From positions 102,548,001 through 102,612,000 of the forward strand of contig NC_042997.1 of assembly GCF_006345805.1 (NCBI RefSeq): DNA of 64,000 nt, read 5' to 3'. Origin of the DNA: Octopus sinensis. Lineage: Eukaryota. The notes beneath the pieces are model-generated. The model did not search any database. It had not been told where the DNA came from and was given only the letters and a program-made list of their open reading frames with translations. Below are positions 1 to 11,035 of this stretch, piece after piece; positions within the stretch are counted from its first letter, which is position 1, and the number at the start of each line of letters is the position of its first letter. The translations under genes and the position numbers were made by a program.

Positions 1-357
1 ATAGAGGACCAGAAATTGATTTGGGCTGGAATATCTGCTTTACTGAAGAAATGTAATCTTTGGGATGATGTTTTGGTTCTCTCTTAATTTCTCTAAAAAA
101 GCATCCAGTCCACACTGTAAAGAGGTTGTCATTGGGAAAGGCATCCAGCTGTAAAAACCATGCCACAACAGACCTCACCAGTGCTGATACCATGTAAAAA
201 GCACTCAGTCCACTCTGTAAGGTGGTTGGCATTAGGAAGGGCATCCAGCCATAAAAACCATGCCAAAACAGCAGTGAAGCCTGGTGCAGTCTTCTAGCTT
301 TCCAACTCCTGTCAAACCATCAAACCCATGCCAACATGAAAAAGAAACATTAAATAA

Positions 358-360
<3 letters not shown>

Positions 361-401
<41 letters not shown>
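361..401. repeat. (TA)n microsatellite; others include 10808-10850 (TA), 31349-31379 (AAT), 39853-39886 (CA), 40059-40086 (GT), 63803-63830 (TA)
   Basis: Read directly from the sequence. Confidence 0.95.
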
Positions 402-404
<3 letters not shown>

Positions 405-575
405 GGGGGAGAATTCACGGAAAAAAACAAAAGACGAAGACAGGTGGTGTAGACAACAAACAAATGTATTAGTATAACGCTCGGGAATTGAAAAAGTCTT
501 TAATGTTTCGAACCTGCGCTCTTCCACAGAAAGAAACAAGGAGAGAAAAAAAAATGTGTAGTGGCTACCGATCTA
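399..575 (-). mobile_element. Short repeat fragment with hammerhead-like motif (probably PLE-derived)
   Basis: Flanked by (TA)n. The minus strand at 534-497 reads TCTTT-CTGTGGA-A-GAGC-GCAG-GTTC-GAAA-CATT-AAAGA. Confidence 0.4.
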
Positions 576-3500
576 TCATATATATATATATATATATAAT
601 ATATATATATAAGCACATACCATTTAATACCTGTGTTACATGCTGGCATGGGTTGGATGGTTTGACAGGATCCTATGAGTCCAGTGACTGTATCATGCTC
701 TAATGTCTGCTTTGATATGGTTTCTATGGTTGATTGCCCTTCCTAATGCCAACCACTTTACAGTGTGTATTGGCTGCTTTTTTCATGGCATACAGCACTG
801 ATATATGTTTTTAAATACACAAAAGACAAATAAACTGAAAAACCATTCAATACCTAAAGATAGAGCATGGGTTAATTTTTACACAAGGAAAATATTGTGA
901 CAGTGACTTCAAAATGTTGCTAGTTGTCATCCTTGTCAGATTACAAAATGGCATATACATATTTTAAGTTTACCTCTAGATTTTCTGTAGAATTCAGAGC
1001 CAGTACTAAGTTATGACATTTCATAAATAAGTATGTTTATGTAAACAATATAATTAAAAATAGAAAAATAGGGAATGGATGTATATGCCTTTTTCAAGGA
1101 TTATTGTTCTTTTCATTCAACATGTCAATCAGTCATGAAGCCATATTTTAAAAGTGTTGTGCTTTTAGTTGATTGTCAGTAATTATACTGACAGTCAACT
1201 GAAAGCACAACATTTTCAGAAACCCTTTCCTACTGGGGCTGGTTCCTTAGGCTTTAATGTCTATAATTCAATCTGCAAAATGAGTCTGTTTCTGTCTGGG
1301 TGTTGTAGCAGTCACTATTTGACTTTAGCTGGTTACTGACAGATCCAGGACGAATGATATGGACCACCCACCACATATGTATGTTTGTGTATGTGAGATT
1401 ATCAGAGGTTTTGAAGCATAGTACTTGTGACTATGTAATCACAATTTTGAAAGAAACTATTTGTAATGATGCCCCATTGAAGTATGTTTTCATGGTCACT
1501 GTAGATTCAGTGTATATCTGGCATAAGATGAATGTTGCCAGTGTATTGAAAATTAAAGAGTAGTGAAGGGTGGTAACATCTACATAAAAGTGTGGATTGT
1601 TAGAAATGACAACATGTATTTTTAGTGTACAAAATAAAAAAAAAAACCCAGAAACCAAACAAGCAAAAATTGGGTGGCCTTCCATCTTGTCATGTAGTAA
1701 ACATGACAAAATGGAAGGCTTGGGGTGATTTTTGCACTTAGTGATCATTTAAATGTGGAAGTGAGACTAATGGAGTTGGAAGTGATTGTAAAAGGTTTTT
1801 CAAGAGAAGTACTGCTTACAGGGTCATTTTGTTTATGATTTACCAGCAAGCAAGACAAAAAAATTCTGTCCCAGATATATTGTTTTGTTTCTTTTTTTCT
1901 TTGCATGTGTGTATTTTTTATGTGTCCTTACTAGCAGTTTTTTGAAAGGCTGATTTGAAAAACTGGGGTTCTTATATCGTTGTAAAGTACTGCCAGAAGA
2001 AGAAATGTTCTCTCCAGGCATGTATTTTGATTATTTTTATCACAAAATAAGGTTTCTGTAATTTCCTATTTGACACAAAACCAATTAAGAAATTATTCCA
2101 AGAGAGAATTATAATTGATTGTGTTGACTCAGGATATTGGCTAGGACTTAATTTATTGACCTATGGGAGAAGTAATTCAAAGTTGACACCTGATGGATTT
2201 AAAGTTGGTTTCTTGATAACTAAAACAATTAACTTCTGTAACTAAAACTGCATTTTCAGAACTAGTTCAAGTTTCTTAATTCACTGTATGTCAAGCTAGT
2301 AGCTTGATGAGACAGGTTATTCTATTTCTATAAATGTATATCCCTAAGATCATGGTTCCCAACCTTTTCTACACCTAACACCTTTAGGAAATATTTGAAT
2401 TAATTTTGCACCTTGTACAAAAGCAATACCACATTTAGATATGATAAACTAAATTTTCTAATACTTAACGAATTATTTAAAAAAAATTGAACCACATACA
2501 GTACTGTAGGTGAACAAAAACTCAAAAGATATACTTTTGATTGAGTGCATAAAATGCAAATGTTAACTGAGCAATTAAAAAAAATTAAACAAAACAAAAA
2601 AAAACTGTAAACACTAATCAATCACAATGACTTCTTTATTAAATCCTGGAACTTTTTTACTGATTGCAATCTGCAGGTCTGCCTATAGAATTGGGGTAAT
2701 TTCTAGATTTTGTCTTGATTGACAAAAGATAGCTGAATCTAGATTCACATAAATATTCCCATTGCTATTGAAATGAAGCAGCAGTTCTTGGTTTTAATTT
2801 ATTAAGGGTTAAATCTTCATATGTAAGGTAATAAAGTTCTTGGTCTACTTCGTAGAATAAAGTTAGTTTGAAGAATTAGTGAATAATTCTTATCTGAAAA
2901 ACAGTTTTATTAATGTGTATACTTTTCCTCTTTGTTGTACTCCCGGCAAGTTTGAGTATCCCCTGCCTGAAGAGATGTCTTATTTGGTTTCAATTTCTAA
3001 TTGGGTTTTCATTTTATGTACCTGAAACAAATCTTATATTTCTATGGTGAATTAATACCATATCTCTTGAAAATTTATTTATTTAAACTACTTCATTTCA
3101 GCGATTATACATTTAATGAAATTATTTGCAATATCTGTTCTGTAAATGTCATTTTTAAGACATTTCCTATGTTTCCAGTATTCTCTTAGCGCATTGCAAA
3201 AATTAAATCAAATCTTATAAATTTCTATGAATATTTGGCTGTAAAGTGTATTTAAGATGTAACAATTTTGCATAAAATTAGAAGCATTACAGGTGAGACT
3301 TGATAGGCTATTTAATTGCTTGCAAGACTTAATTAATATGCGATGAGAAATTTTCTTTATAAAGTATTTTTCTCATGTGCAAACATTGTAAAGCTCTGCC
3401 ATGAAGGTTGCATTAACCTCCTAACATCTGTTTGTGGATTTGCATTCAATTTCCACCATAACTATTTTAAGTTTTTATAATTAGCGGAGTATCAATGTAT

Positions 3501-4595
3501 CATGGGTTATAGATAAATAACTATGTGAAGTCATATCTGTTTGAATTTGTCTTGTAGTAGTATTAGGGTGCATGAAGGCCTTTTTTGACAGCTTCAAATG
3601 TGGATGGACCCAATCAGTTTCATTGTTATTTAATATTTGAGATAAATTTAATTCTTTCTCATAAAATGCTGAACTATAGTAGCAGAATTAAATGTAAACA
3701 AACATATACCTTATGTTAAAATGTGAACAAACATATACCTAGGCACAAGTCATTTATCAATACTGATAAATAAATGTACAGAATATATTCATTCAATATA
3801 TAAATATATAGGGCTCCTCTTCAACAAGAACCTGCTCTATTCCAACCTCTTTCCTCAAACCTTAACCCTCATCTAATATACAGAGGCAATAGTCTTCTTT
3901 CCTGGAATTGACTTGTGAGCTACATTGTGACCTTAACAGTACTAGTGGCATGAAAAAACAGTATCCTGTACATATTGTAAAGTGATTGGCATTAGGAAGG
4001 GCATCCAGCCATAGAAACCATGCCAAAGTAGACACTGGAATACAATGTGATCCTTAACTCATCGGATCCTTGTGAAACTGCCCAACTTATGCCTGCATGG
4101 AACATGGACATTAAATAAATGGTGATGGTATTCATATGTTTTTAGTTTCACTTTGAAAATAGATCCCATGAAGGGATTTATGCAGGCAGCATTGCTGCCT
4201 CATTACATCACACTAACTGGTTTTCATTGTTACTTAATGTTTCATCAGAACAAGATACTGAATGATCCCAAAAGCCACCATAGAATTTAAGCATATAAGG
4301 AAGTGATTCCTTATATTCATTTGTTATTGCTGTATATCTTCATTTTGTGTTTTAACTTTTTTTGATATACAGGAAATCAATTGTATTCCCATGGATGTAT
4401 TAAATAGGTCAGGTACTTAATGATTTTCTTGACCTTGACAATATATTTTTCTTTGCAGTAGAACAAAAAAGTAGATTGACAATTTACAACTGATAAAGAA
4501 GATATTTTAGACCATTAGAGAAATAGTTGGTTCACTTACGAAGGGAGAAAAAAACAAAACAAAAGTTGGAATACTACTTTAGATATAATTTAGAT

Positions 4596-5352
4596 CAGTG
4601 GTTCTCAGACTGACAAATACCAGTTCCTCTGCTACAACATTAATGATATTTATTTTGCACTCCCCTCCTCTCACCTTTAAAAATGAGAAAATAAAATAGA
4701 ATTTGCATCATGTCACCCCTCTTTCTTCATTTTGGTGTAAGACAAATTTAAAATTATCTTAATAATAAATCTCTGAACAAGGTGATCAGTGACGAAAAGT
4801 TACTGGAAAAACGATAAAAGTATTTGCATTGGGACATCCCTTCATCGAAAACTGGTGATTGTCGTATGCGGACAGGTCAATTCCTAGAAAATGCAGTCCG
4901 TGCGTATCACTTAGGTTGACGAGGGAGGGATGACCTCCCTTTGCAAATACCATAAGGGCACAGAAAGTGTGCCTAAAGCCAGCTGGAGACGATGTTCTCC
5001 TGGGGCTACAAGCTACAGTAACACCCACCCTTAGTGGTTAGCCATATTGAGATGGCAAGTATACCTCACAAAATTATCTTAATTTTATTAGTAATTCATC
5101 TGCCCCTTTTCAATCCATTCCTGTGAGGTGAAGTCTGTCTCATACTTTTTTCATTTTCATTTTTTTCTCCTTATTATTTCTTATTGGTTCATAATGCTAG
5201 GAATTAAATAAGTAAATATCTTGTCTGAATTGAGATTTGCTATCACAAGATAAAATGAAGTACCAGTCATGTGTTGAGGTTGATTTGATTGAATGATATT
5301 GTGGAAAATCTGAGGTGTCCTCAATGTATGGAAGTATGGGTTTGAGAACCCT
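4596..5352. mobile_element. hAT-like MITE remnant hosting a nested insert
   Basis: Left end CAGTGGTTCTCA (4596-4607), right end GTTTGAGAACCCT (5340-5352). Similar ends occur near 2350, 6206, 40962 and 46159. Confidence 0.45.
4764..5069. mobile_element. GC-rich structured insertion of unknown family, flanked by 14-bp direct repeats
   Basis: aaaattatcttaat at 4750-4763 and 5070-5083; the interior is markedly more GC-rich than the flanks and contains many hairpins. Confidence 0.65.
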
Positions 5353-5382
5353 CAAGAAATCTTTCTGCTACTTGCTCTTTAA

Positions 5383-5602
5383 CCCCTTGACATTTAGATT
5401 TTTCTGTCAAATGTAATGCTTATTTATTCACATTGTTTTGAATCAATTGTATATTATCTTGTAGCTTTGAGATTTGAATGATGTGATTGTTTATATTTGG
5501 AATGGCATTGTAGGATAAGTGTGAAAGGCCAGATCTGGGCAATTTGAACATAAAACATATAGAGCATTTAGGTTGGATATGGCCTGTTTAAATGCCAAAG
5601 GG
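5383..5602. mobile_element. piggyBac-like (TTAA) MITE
   Basis: TTAA|CCCCTTGACATTT ... AAATGCCAAAGGG|TGAA; related copies at about 11450-11645, 26533-26680, 31260-31670 and 48174-48567. Confidence 0.6.
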
Positions 5603-6611
5603 TGAAGGTGTAAATCCTAAAGGCCATATTTTTTCTACAAAGAGCAGCAACTCCAGCTATTATTAGCTTCAGTGTAGAACAAAATAATAGATCATTGCTG
5701 CACAAATCCTATAATTAACATATGTGACATGTCTGTCATTGTGCCTGACCCAAGTAGGCAGATGATCATAAGTTGGAAAATAAAAAACGTAATTTGTGTC
5801 TCAGAGAAGGAATATGGCCCAGTAATTAAAATAGTCATTTCTAATATTTTCTACTTTATAGTCAGTTATAAAACAAACTTCCAGTCAAGATTTTGTATTT
5901 TCCTTTTCTAAAACAAACTACAAATGTCACATGTTAAATGTATGACTTGTTTTATCACTGCTTTACTTAGAAAAACAAACTGAAAAAGCACACGCTTAGG
6001 GAATCATTACAATGCTTATAACATGTTTTGAAGCAGTATTACCTGTTAATAATGTATGAGACAAACCAGATTCTCAGGGCAGCACTGAAGAAGACTCTTT
6101 GATGTAAATGTTTGTTATGTGTAGAAAGAAGTGTTTGTGAAGGAATTATTGAGAATATTTTCCTTTAGAGATATATATTTTTAAACAATGCTAAAAGGAA
6201 GAGCTCAGTGCTTCTCAAACTTTTTTCAACTAGCACCCCCTTTTTTCTTTTATTAACACTCTTTCAATGCTACATTGCTACATCATCATCATCATCGTTT
6301 AATGTCTACTTTGCATGCTAGCATGGGTTGGACGATTTGACTGAGGCCTGGTGAACCAGATGGCTGCACCAGGCTCTAATCTGATCTGGCAGAGTTTCTA
6401 CAGCTGGATGCCTTTCCTAATGCCAACCACTCCAAGAGTCTAATGGGTGCTTTTACGTGCCACCGGTACAAGGGCTAGTCAGGTGGTACTGGTAACAGCC
6501 ACGCTCAAATGGTATTTTTTATGTGCCACCTGCACAGGAGCCAGTCCAGCAGCACTGACAATGACCTCACTCGAATGTTTTTTTCACGTGCCACCGGCAC
6601 AGAAGCCAGTT

Positions 6612-7430
6612 AAAAATCTGTTGAGCAATAAGTACCCCCAAAATATGATGTCCACTCCAATTAGAAAGAGGAGAGAGGATGAAACCCATAAACTGACCAC
6701 AGTCTGCCTACCCTATGTGAAAGGCTTCTCTGAAAAGATACAAAAGATATGCAGTCCATATGACATCAGGACGGTATTCAAGAGTGATACAACACTTTGC
6801 AAATATCTCCTTTGAGTAAAACCACCAATAGAAGAGAATATGACCAAGGACTGTGTGTACTCCATCCCATGCAGTTGTGGTAGGTTATACAATGGCGAAA
6901 CATGCTGCCCCCTCAAAATAAGGGTAGATGAACATCGCAAAGCTATGACACGAGAAGATATTGATAAATTGGGTATAGCTGATCATGTATGGAAAAATAG
7001 AGACCTCCTCCCCCTGTGAGATGAAGTTAAAATAATAGACAGAGAACACCAGTGGAAAATACAGAAGCTAAAAGAGGCAGCACATATGCTAGGACACAAT
7101 AATCTCCTAAGCAGACCTAGTGCAGATATGAGTAGAATATGGGAACTGGTATTAAGGAAAGATACAACAATAATAGGTTTATAAACCCTAAAATTCACTC
7201 TATAATTGCCCACGGGTATATAGTGTAGTGATTAAGAGCGCGGGCTACTAACCCCAATAAATAATAATAATAACATTAGCAAAAAATACCTTAGGAATGA
7301 GAACAGAATACCCCAGTAAATGGTTGGCTTCGAAATTCTGGAGAGTACATCAGCCGAAATGTGATAACAACAAACAAGGTGAGGACATCTATCCATCCAA
7401 TGTAAATATATTGTATATATAGAACTATAT
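6612..7430 (+). mobile_element. 3' fragment of a second Penelope-like family (GIY-YIG region + 3' region)
   Basis: Translates TVCLPYVKGFSEKIQKI...VYSIPCSCGRLYNGETC..LKIRVDEH...IADHVW...EVKIIDRE with stops; the 3' region is shared with 17085-17730. Confidence 0.85.
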
Positions 7431-9970
7431 ATATAAACAATATGAGAGATAACTATATGGAGCCCTTGTATGCTAAAAATAGACGTCAAGCCCATCTTAC
7501 CACTAAATCTGTGTTCTCTACTTAGAAAAAAAATAAACTTAGAAAAGAAATAAACATAGCACTTAATTCAATTCCTAACATGAACAATTCAATAATTTTA
7601 CGAATGAATAGAGTTCCAATATCATGTATTTAAACTTCGATTCTCATGCCCTTGTACTAGCGCATTAAACCAGAAAATAACTTCAAATGAATGATATTCA
7701 GCAGTGAATCAACTGGCTAGAGAACACAGATATATGAAATTAAATAATAAGAGTATCAATTTCAACTAGTGGTTAGCATACTTATCTATCTATCTATCTA
7801 TCTATATATATATATAATATACAGCCCTAACTTCAACAAAAGAGAATGGAACGACCTCATCAAACTAAGAGAAGACAAAGCAATAACAATTAAGGAGGCA
7901 GATAAGGGCAACGCGATAGTAATAATGAATACAAACGATTATAAAAATTTAGTGCTATCCCTATTAAGAGATGAAACGTATTATGAAAGGGCCCAACAGT
8001 ATAATCAGCAAAAAATAATGCATAACCTTAGGACATTAATCAACACATACCGAGAAGGACTCACGGACAAGGAGTATGAATACATCACTAACTTCAAATG
8101 CAAATCGAGTTTGTTCTATGGTATCCCTAAAGTACACAAAAGCCAAATAATTAGAGAAATGTGCAAAACATCCACTGATATACTCATCAAAATCCCTTCA
8201 CCAAATGATCTTAAACTTAGACCGATAATAGCAGGGCCAGCATGTGAGACTCACCGCCTCAGCAATTTCTTAGACACACTTCTTAAACCTTTCCTAAAAC
8301 ACATCAAAAGCTACGTAAGAGACGATATAGATATGCTCAACCACCTCCCTAAAACAGTCAATGAGAAAACCCTTCTAGTATCATTCGACGTAGTTAATCT
8401 TTATTCTAACATCCCTCACAACCTAGGAATAGAAGCGATCACCTTCTGGCTGAATAACTACCCCTTTGAACTCCCAACTACATAAACAAAGACCTTATAA
8501 TAGAAGGACTTAGATTTATTTTAGAGAACAATTACTTTATTTTTGACAATAATTTCTACAGACAAAGATCGGGAACAGTGATGGGCACGCGTACTGCACC
8601 ATCTTTTGCCAACCTAGTGATGGGATACCTCGAGAAAATACTCTACCAGATAACACTCGAGAAATTTGGAAACACCTTCGCCACCTATATCCATAACAAC
8701 TGGAAAAGATACCTCGATGACTGTTTCATCATCTGGGACAAAGGTATAGAGAAACTTGAGGAATGTAAAATACTATTAAATGGAATAAATGATAATATAC
8801 AATTTATGATGGATCACAACGAAAACGAATTACCATTTTTAGACATCCTCATTAAGAAAACCGGCAAAAAAATAGAGACAGATATCTACTATAAACCGAC
8901 AGACTCCAAACAATACCTACCCTTTGATTCATGCCACCCATGACACACTAAAATAAATGTCCCTTTTTGTTTAGCTAGAAGGATCTGCACCATAATATCA
9001 GACACAAACACCCGACACACACGTCTCCAGGAACTTAGAACCACACTCACAAACAGAAACTATCCACAGCCCCTAATAGACAGTGCAATCCAAAGGGCAC
9101 TCAAATTAAGTATAGAAGACCTGAGACAAACAAAACCAAAAAAGAAAGAACAATTAAAAACCCTTCCCTACATCTCTACAAACAACCCACTCAACAATGA
9201 GGCCTTCAGCACCATACTACAAAGCACAGCCCTACTAAAGGGAGACCCAAAGATGAACCGGATCCTCGAAACACACACCATCGTTAAAAGTAAACGGCAA
9301 CCAAAATCCTTGAAAAGGATTTTAACCCAAGCTAAACTGCACTCAACATCAACCACAAAACCAGCAGTTAGAAAATGTGGAAGGCCCAACTGCGGAATCT
9401 GTGTCATCTTGATAGAAGGTTCAGAATTTATACTAGAACAAGGCCACCAGTTCACCATTAGAGCAAACTTCACCTGCGCATCAAAAACTTAATTTACGTC
9501 ATAACATGCGCAGGCTGCAATAGGCAGTATATAGGCCATACAAAAATAGCTTACGTAACAGGATGGCGGTGCATAAATCACAAATTAGAAACCCTGAATA
9601 CTGGAAAATACCGGTCAGCGGACACATAGATAGATGTGCTGGAAATGTAAATCCGAAATTTACAACTTACCCGCTTTATAAATTCAGTGACAACGCAACC
9701 TTCACGCAACGCCAAAATAAAGAACTGTATTTCATCAAAAAATTTAGACCAAGTTTAAACACCCTGGGCCAGGAATATTAAAACAAAAGATTGGTCCTCC
9801 GAAAAGGAGAAGCAAAATTCCACCACGGCCGCTACCATAAACAGTCACTCACACTGACGGAAATATGTCTTAGGGAAAAGGGAAAAAAATTTATAAATAG
9901 ATCTCTTCGAACAGATCTAATCCTGATGGACTGGCCACATACGATACAGCTAAGGCTCAGACCCGATTCG

Positions 9971-10247
9971 GATTGGTCAAAACAGTGATGACGTCCTGTT
10001 ACGCTGGACTGGCCACCTAACAGGATACAGACAAGGGGCAGATCTAATACAGCTATAGGTCGGGATTGGTCAGAATATTGATGACGTCCCGTTCTGCTTG
10101 ACTAGCCACCTAACAAAACGTTGATGACGTCACGTTCCGCTGTACTGGCCACCTAACAGGTGATATAAAACCCAAACAATTCACAAGGTTCGCCAGAACT
10201 GTCCAGCGGACACCGACCAAAAGTCATCACAGTTGCTCAAGGTAAAA
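9971..10247 (+). promoter_or_regulatory. Pol II promoter in the PLE 3' region: 2 inverted CCAAT boxes, 3 x 37-bp GATGACGTC-containing repeats, TATA box, downstream 5' splice site
   Basis: GATTGG at 9971 and 10064; repeat units 9986-10022, 10079-10115, 10122-10158; TATAAAA at 10164-10170; CAAG|GTAAAA donor at 10242. Confidence 0.7.
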
Positions 10248-10450
10248 TCTAAAATGAATCCCTCGCTCTTTCAAGAACATCAATTTTTTATATTGACTGC
10301 ACATCACCACTATGAACCATTGCATCATACTCTTTAAACATATAGCATGAACTCACTTCACTATATATGAACTTTTGATGTCTGACTCTATTGTATATTA
10401 TATATGAATTTTTTATATTTGATAGCATGAACTATCTTTTTTATATATAA

Positions 10451-10500
10451 TTTTTTTTGATAAGGTTCATCATTTCAAGAACCGAAACATGTTAAATAAA
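10451..10500 (+). ncRNA. Minimal type I hammerhead ribozyme (PLE-type, palindromic stem III)
   Basis: TTGATAA core (10457-10463), stem II GGTTC/GAACC, GAAA (10484-10487), palindrome ACATGT (10487-10492), GUU cleavage triplet ending at 10493, A/T-only stem I, overlapping AATAAA. Confidence 0.7.
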
Positions 10501-10582
10501 TAATGTATATATAAAAATAAAAAATTTGTCTAATATAGCAGCATTTTCGAACTTCATTTTTTACAAATATATATATATATAC

Positions 10583-10804
10583 TCTCTTTTATTTGTTTCA
10601 GTCATTTGACTGTGGCCATGCTGGAGCACCGCCTTTTAGTCGAGCAAATCGACCCCAGGACTTGTTCTTTGGAAGCCTAGTACTTATTTTATCGGTCTCT
10701 TTTGTTGAACCGCAAAGTTACGGGGCCGTAAACACACCACCATCGGTTGTCAATCGATGTTGGGGGGACAAATACAGACAAACAAACATATACACACACA
10801 CACA

Positions 10805-10857
<53 letters not shown>

Positions 10858-11035
10858 CATATATATATATATGACGGGCTTCTTTCAGTTTCCATCTACC
10901 AAATCCACTAAAATCGCTTTGGTTGGCCCAAGGCTATAGTAGAAGACACTTGCCCAAGGTGCCACGCAGTGGGAATGAACCCGGAACCATGTGGTTGGTA
11001 AGCAAGCTACTTACCTCACAGCTACTCCTGCACCT
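10583..11035 (-). mobile_element. tRNA-derived CORE-type SINE (octopus OR-like); other copies at about 11850-12250(-), 12790-13345(-), 13530-13990(+), 26690-27065(+), 28505-28960(-), 32680-33060(-), 35925-36300(+), 36520-36780(+), 39660-40035(-), 48930-49262(+), 49540-50120(+), 56625-56775(-)
   Basis: A/B-box head (gctgtgaggtaagtagc...ggttccgggttcattccc), CORE-like caccttgggcaagtgtcttc, central (TA/CA)n and a conserved 3' body. Family name is from recall. Confidence 0.85.

Larger units (their letters stand above)
7820..10560 (+). mobile_element. Penelope-like retroelement (RT + GIY-YIG endonuclease), 5'-truncated and mildly decayed, with 3' regulatory region
   Basis: ORF pieces 7769-8485, 8578-8943, 9253-9492 and 9563-9781 join into one protein: IKEADKGNAIVIM, LVSFDVVNLYSNIP, GTVMGTRTAPSFANL, WKRYLDDCFIIW, CGRPNCGIC, LIYVITCAGCNRQYIG. 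About three 1-nt frameshifts (near 8478, 9487, 9545) and one in-frame TGA (8941). Confidence 0.93.

Noticed and set aside
284-703. Track ORFs rich in YI/IY/CV/HT repeats (also 10593-10939, 12024-12435, 63615-63988)
   Set aside because: They are translations of (TA)n/(CA)n microsatellites and SINE bodies; only the part 63647-63752 is a real DDX52 exon.
4764-5069. Attempted fits of the structured insert to twister, HDV-like, RNase P/MRP and 7SK motifs
   Set aside because: Only partial words match (TACAAGC, CCCTCGT); the required pseudoknot partners were not found by eye. The insert is kept as unclassified.
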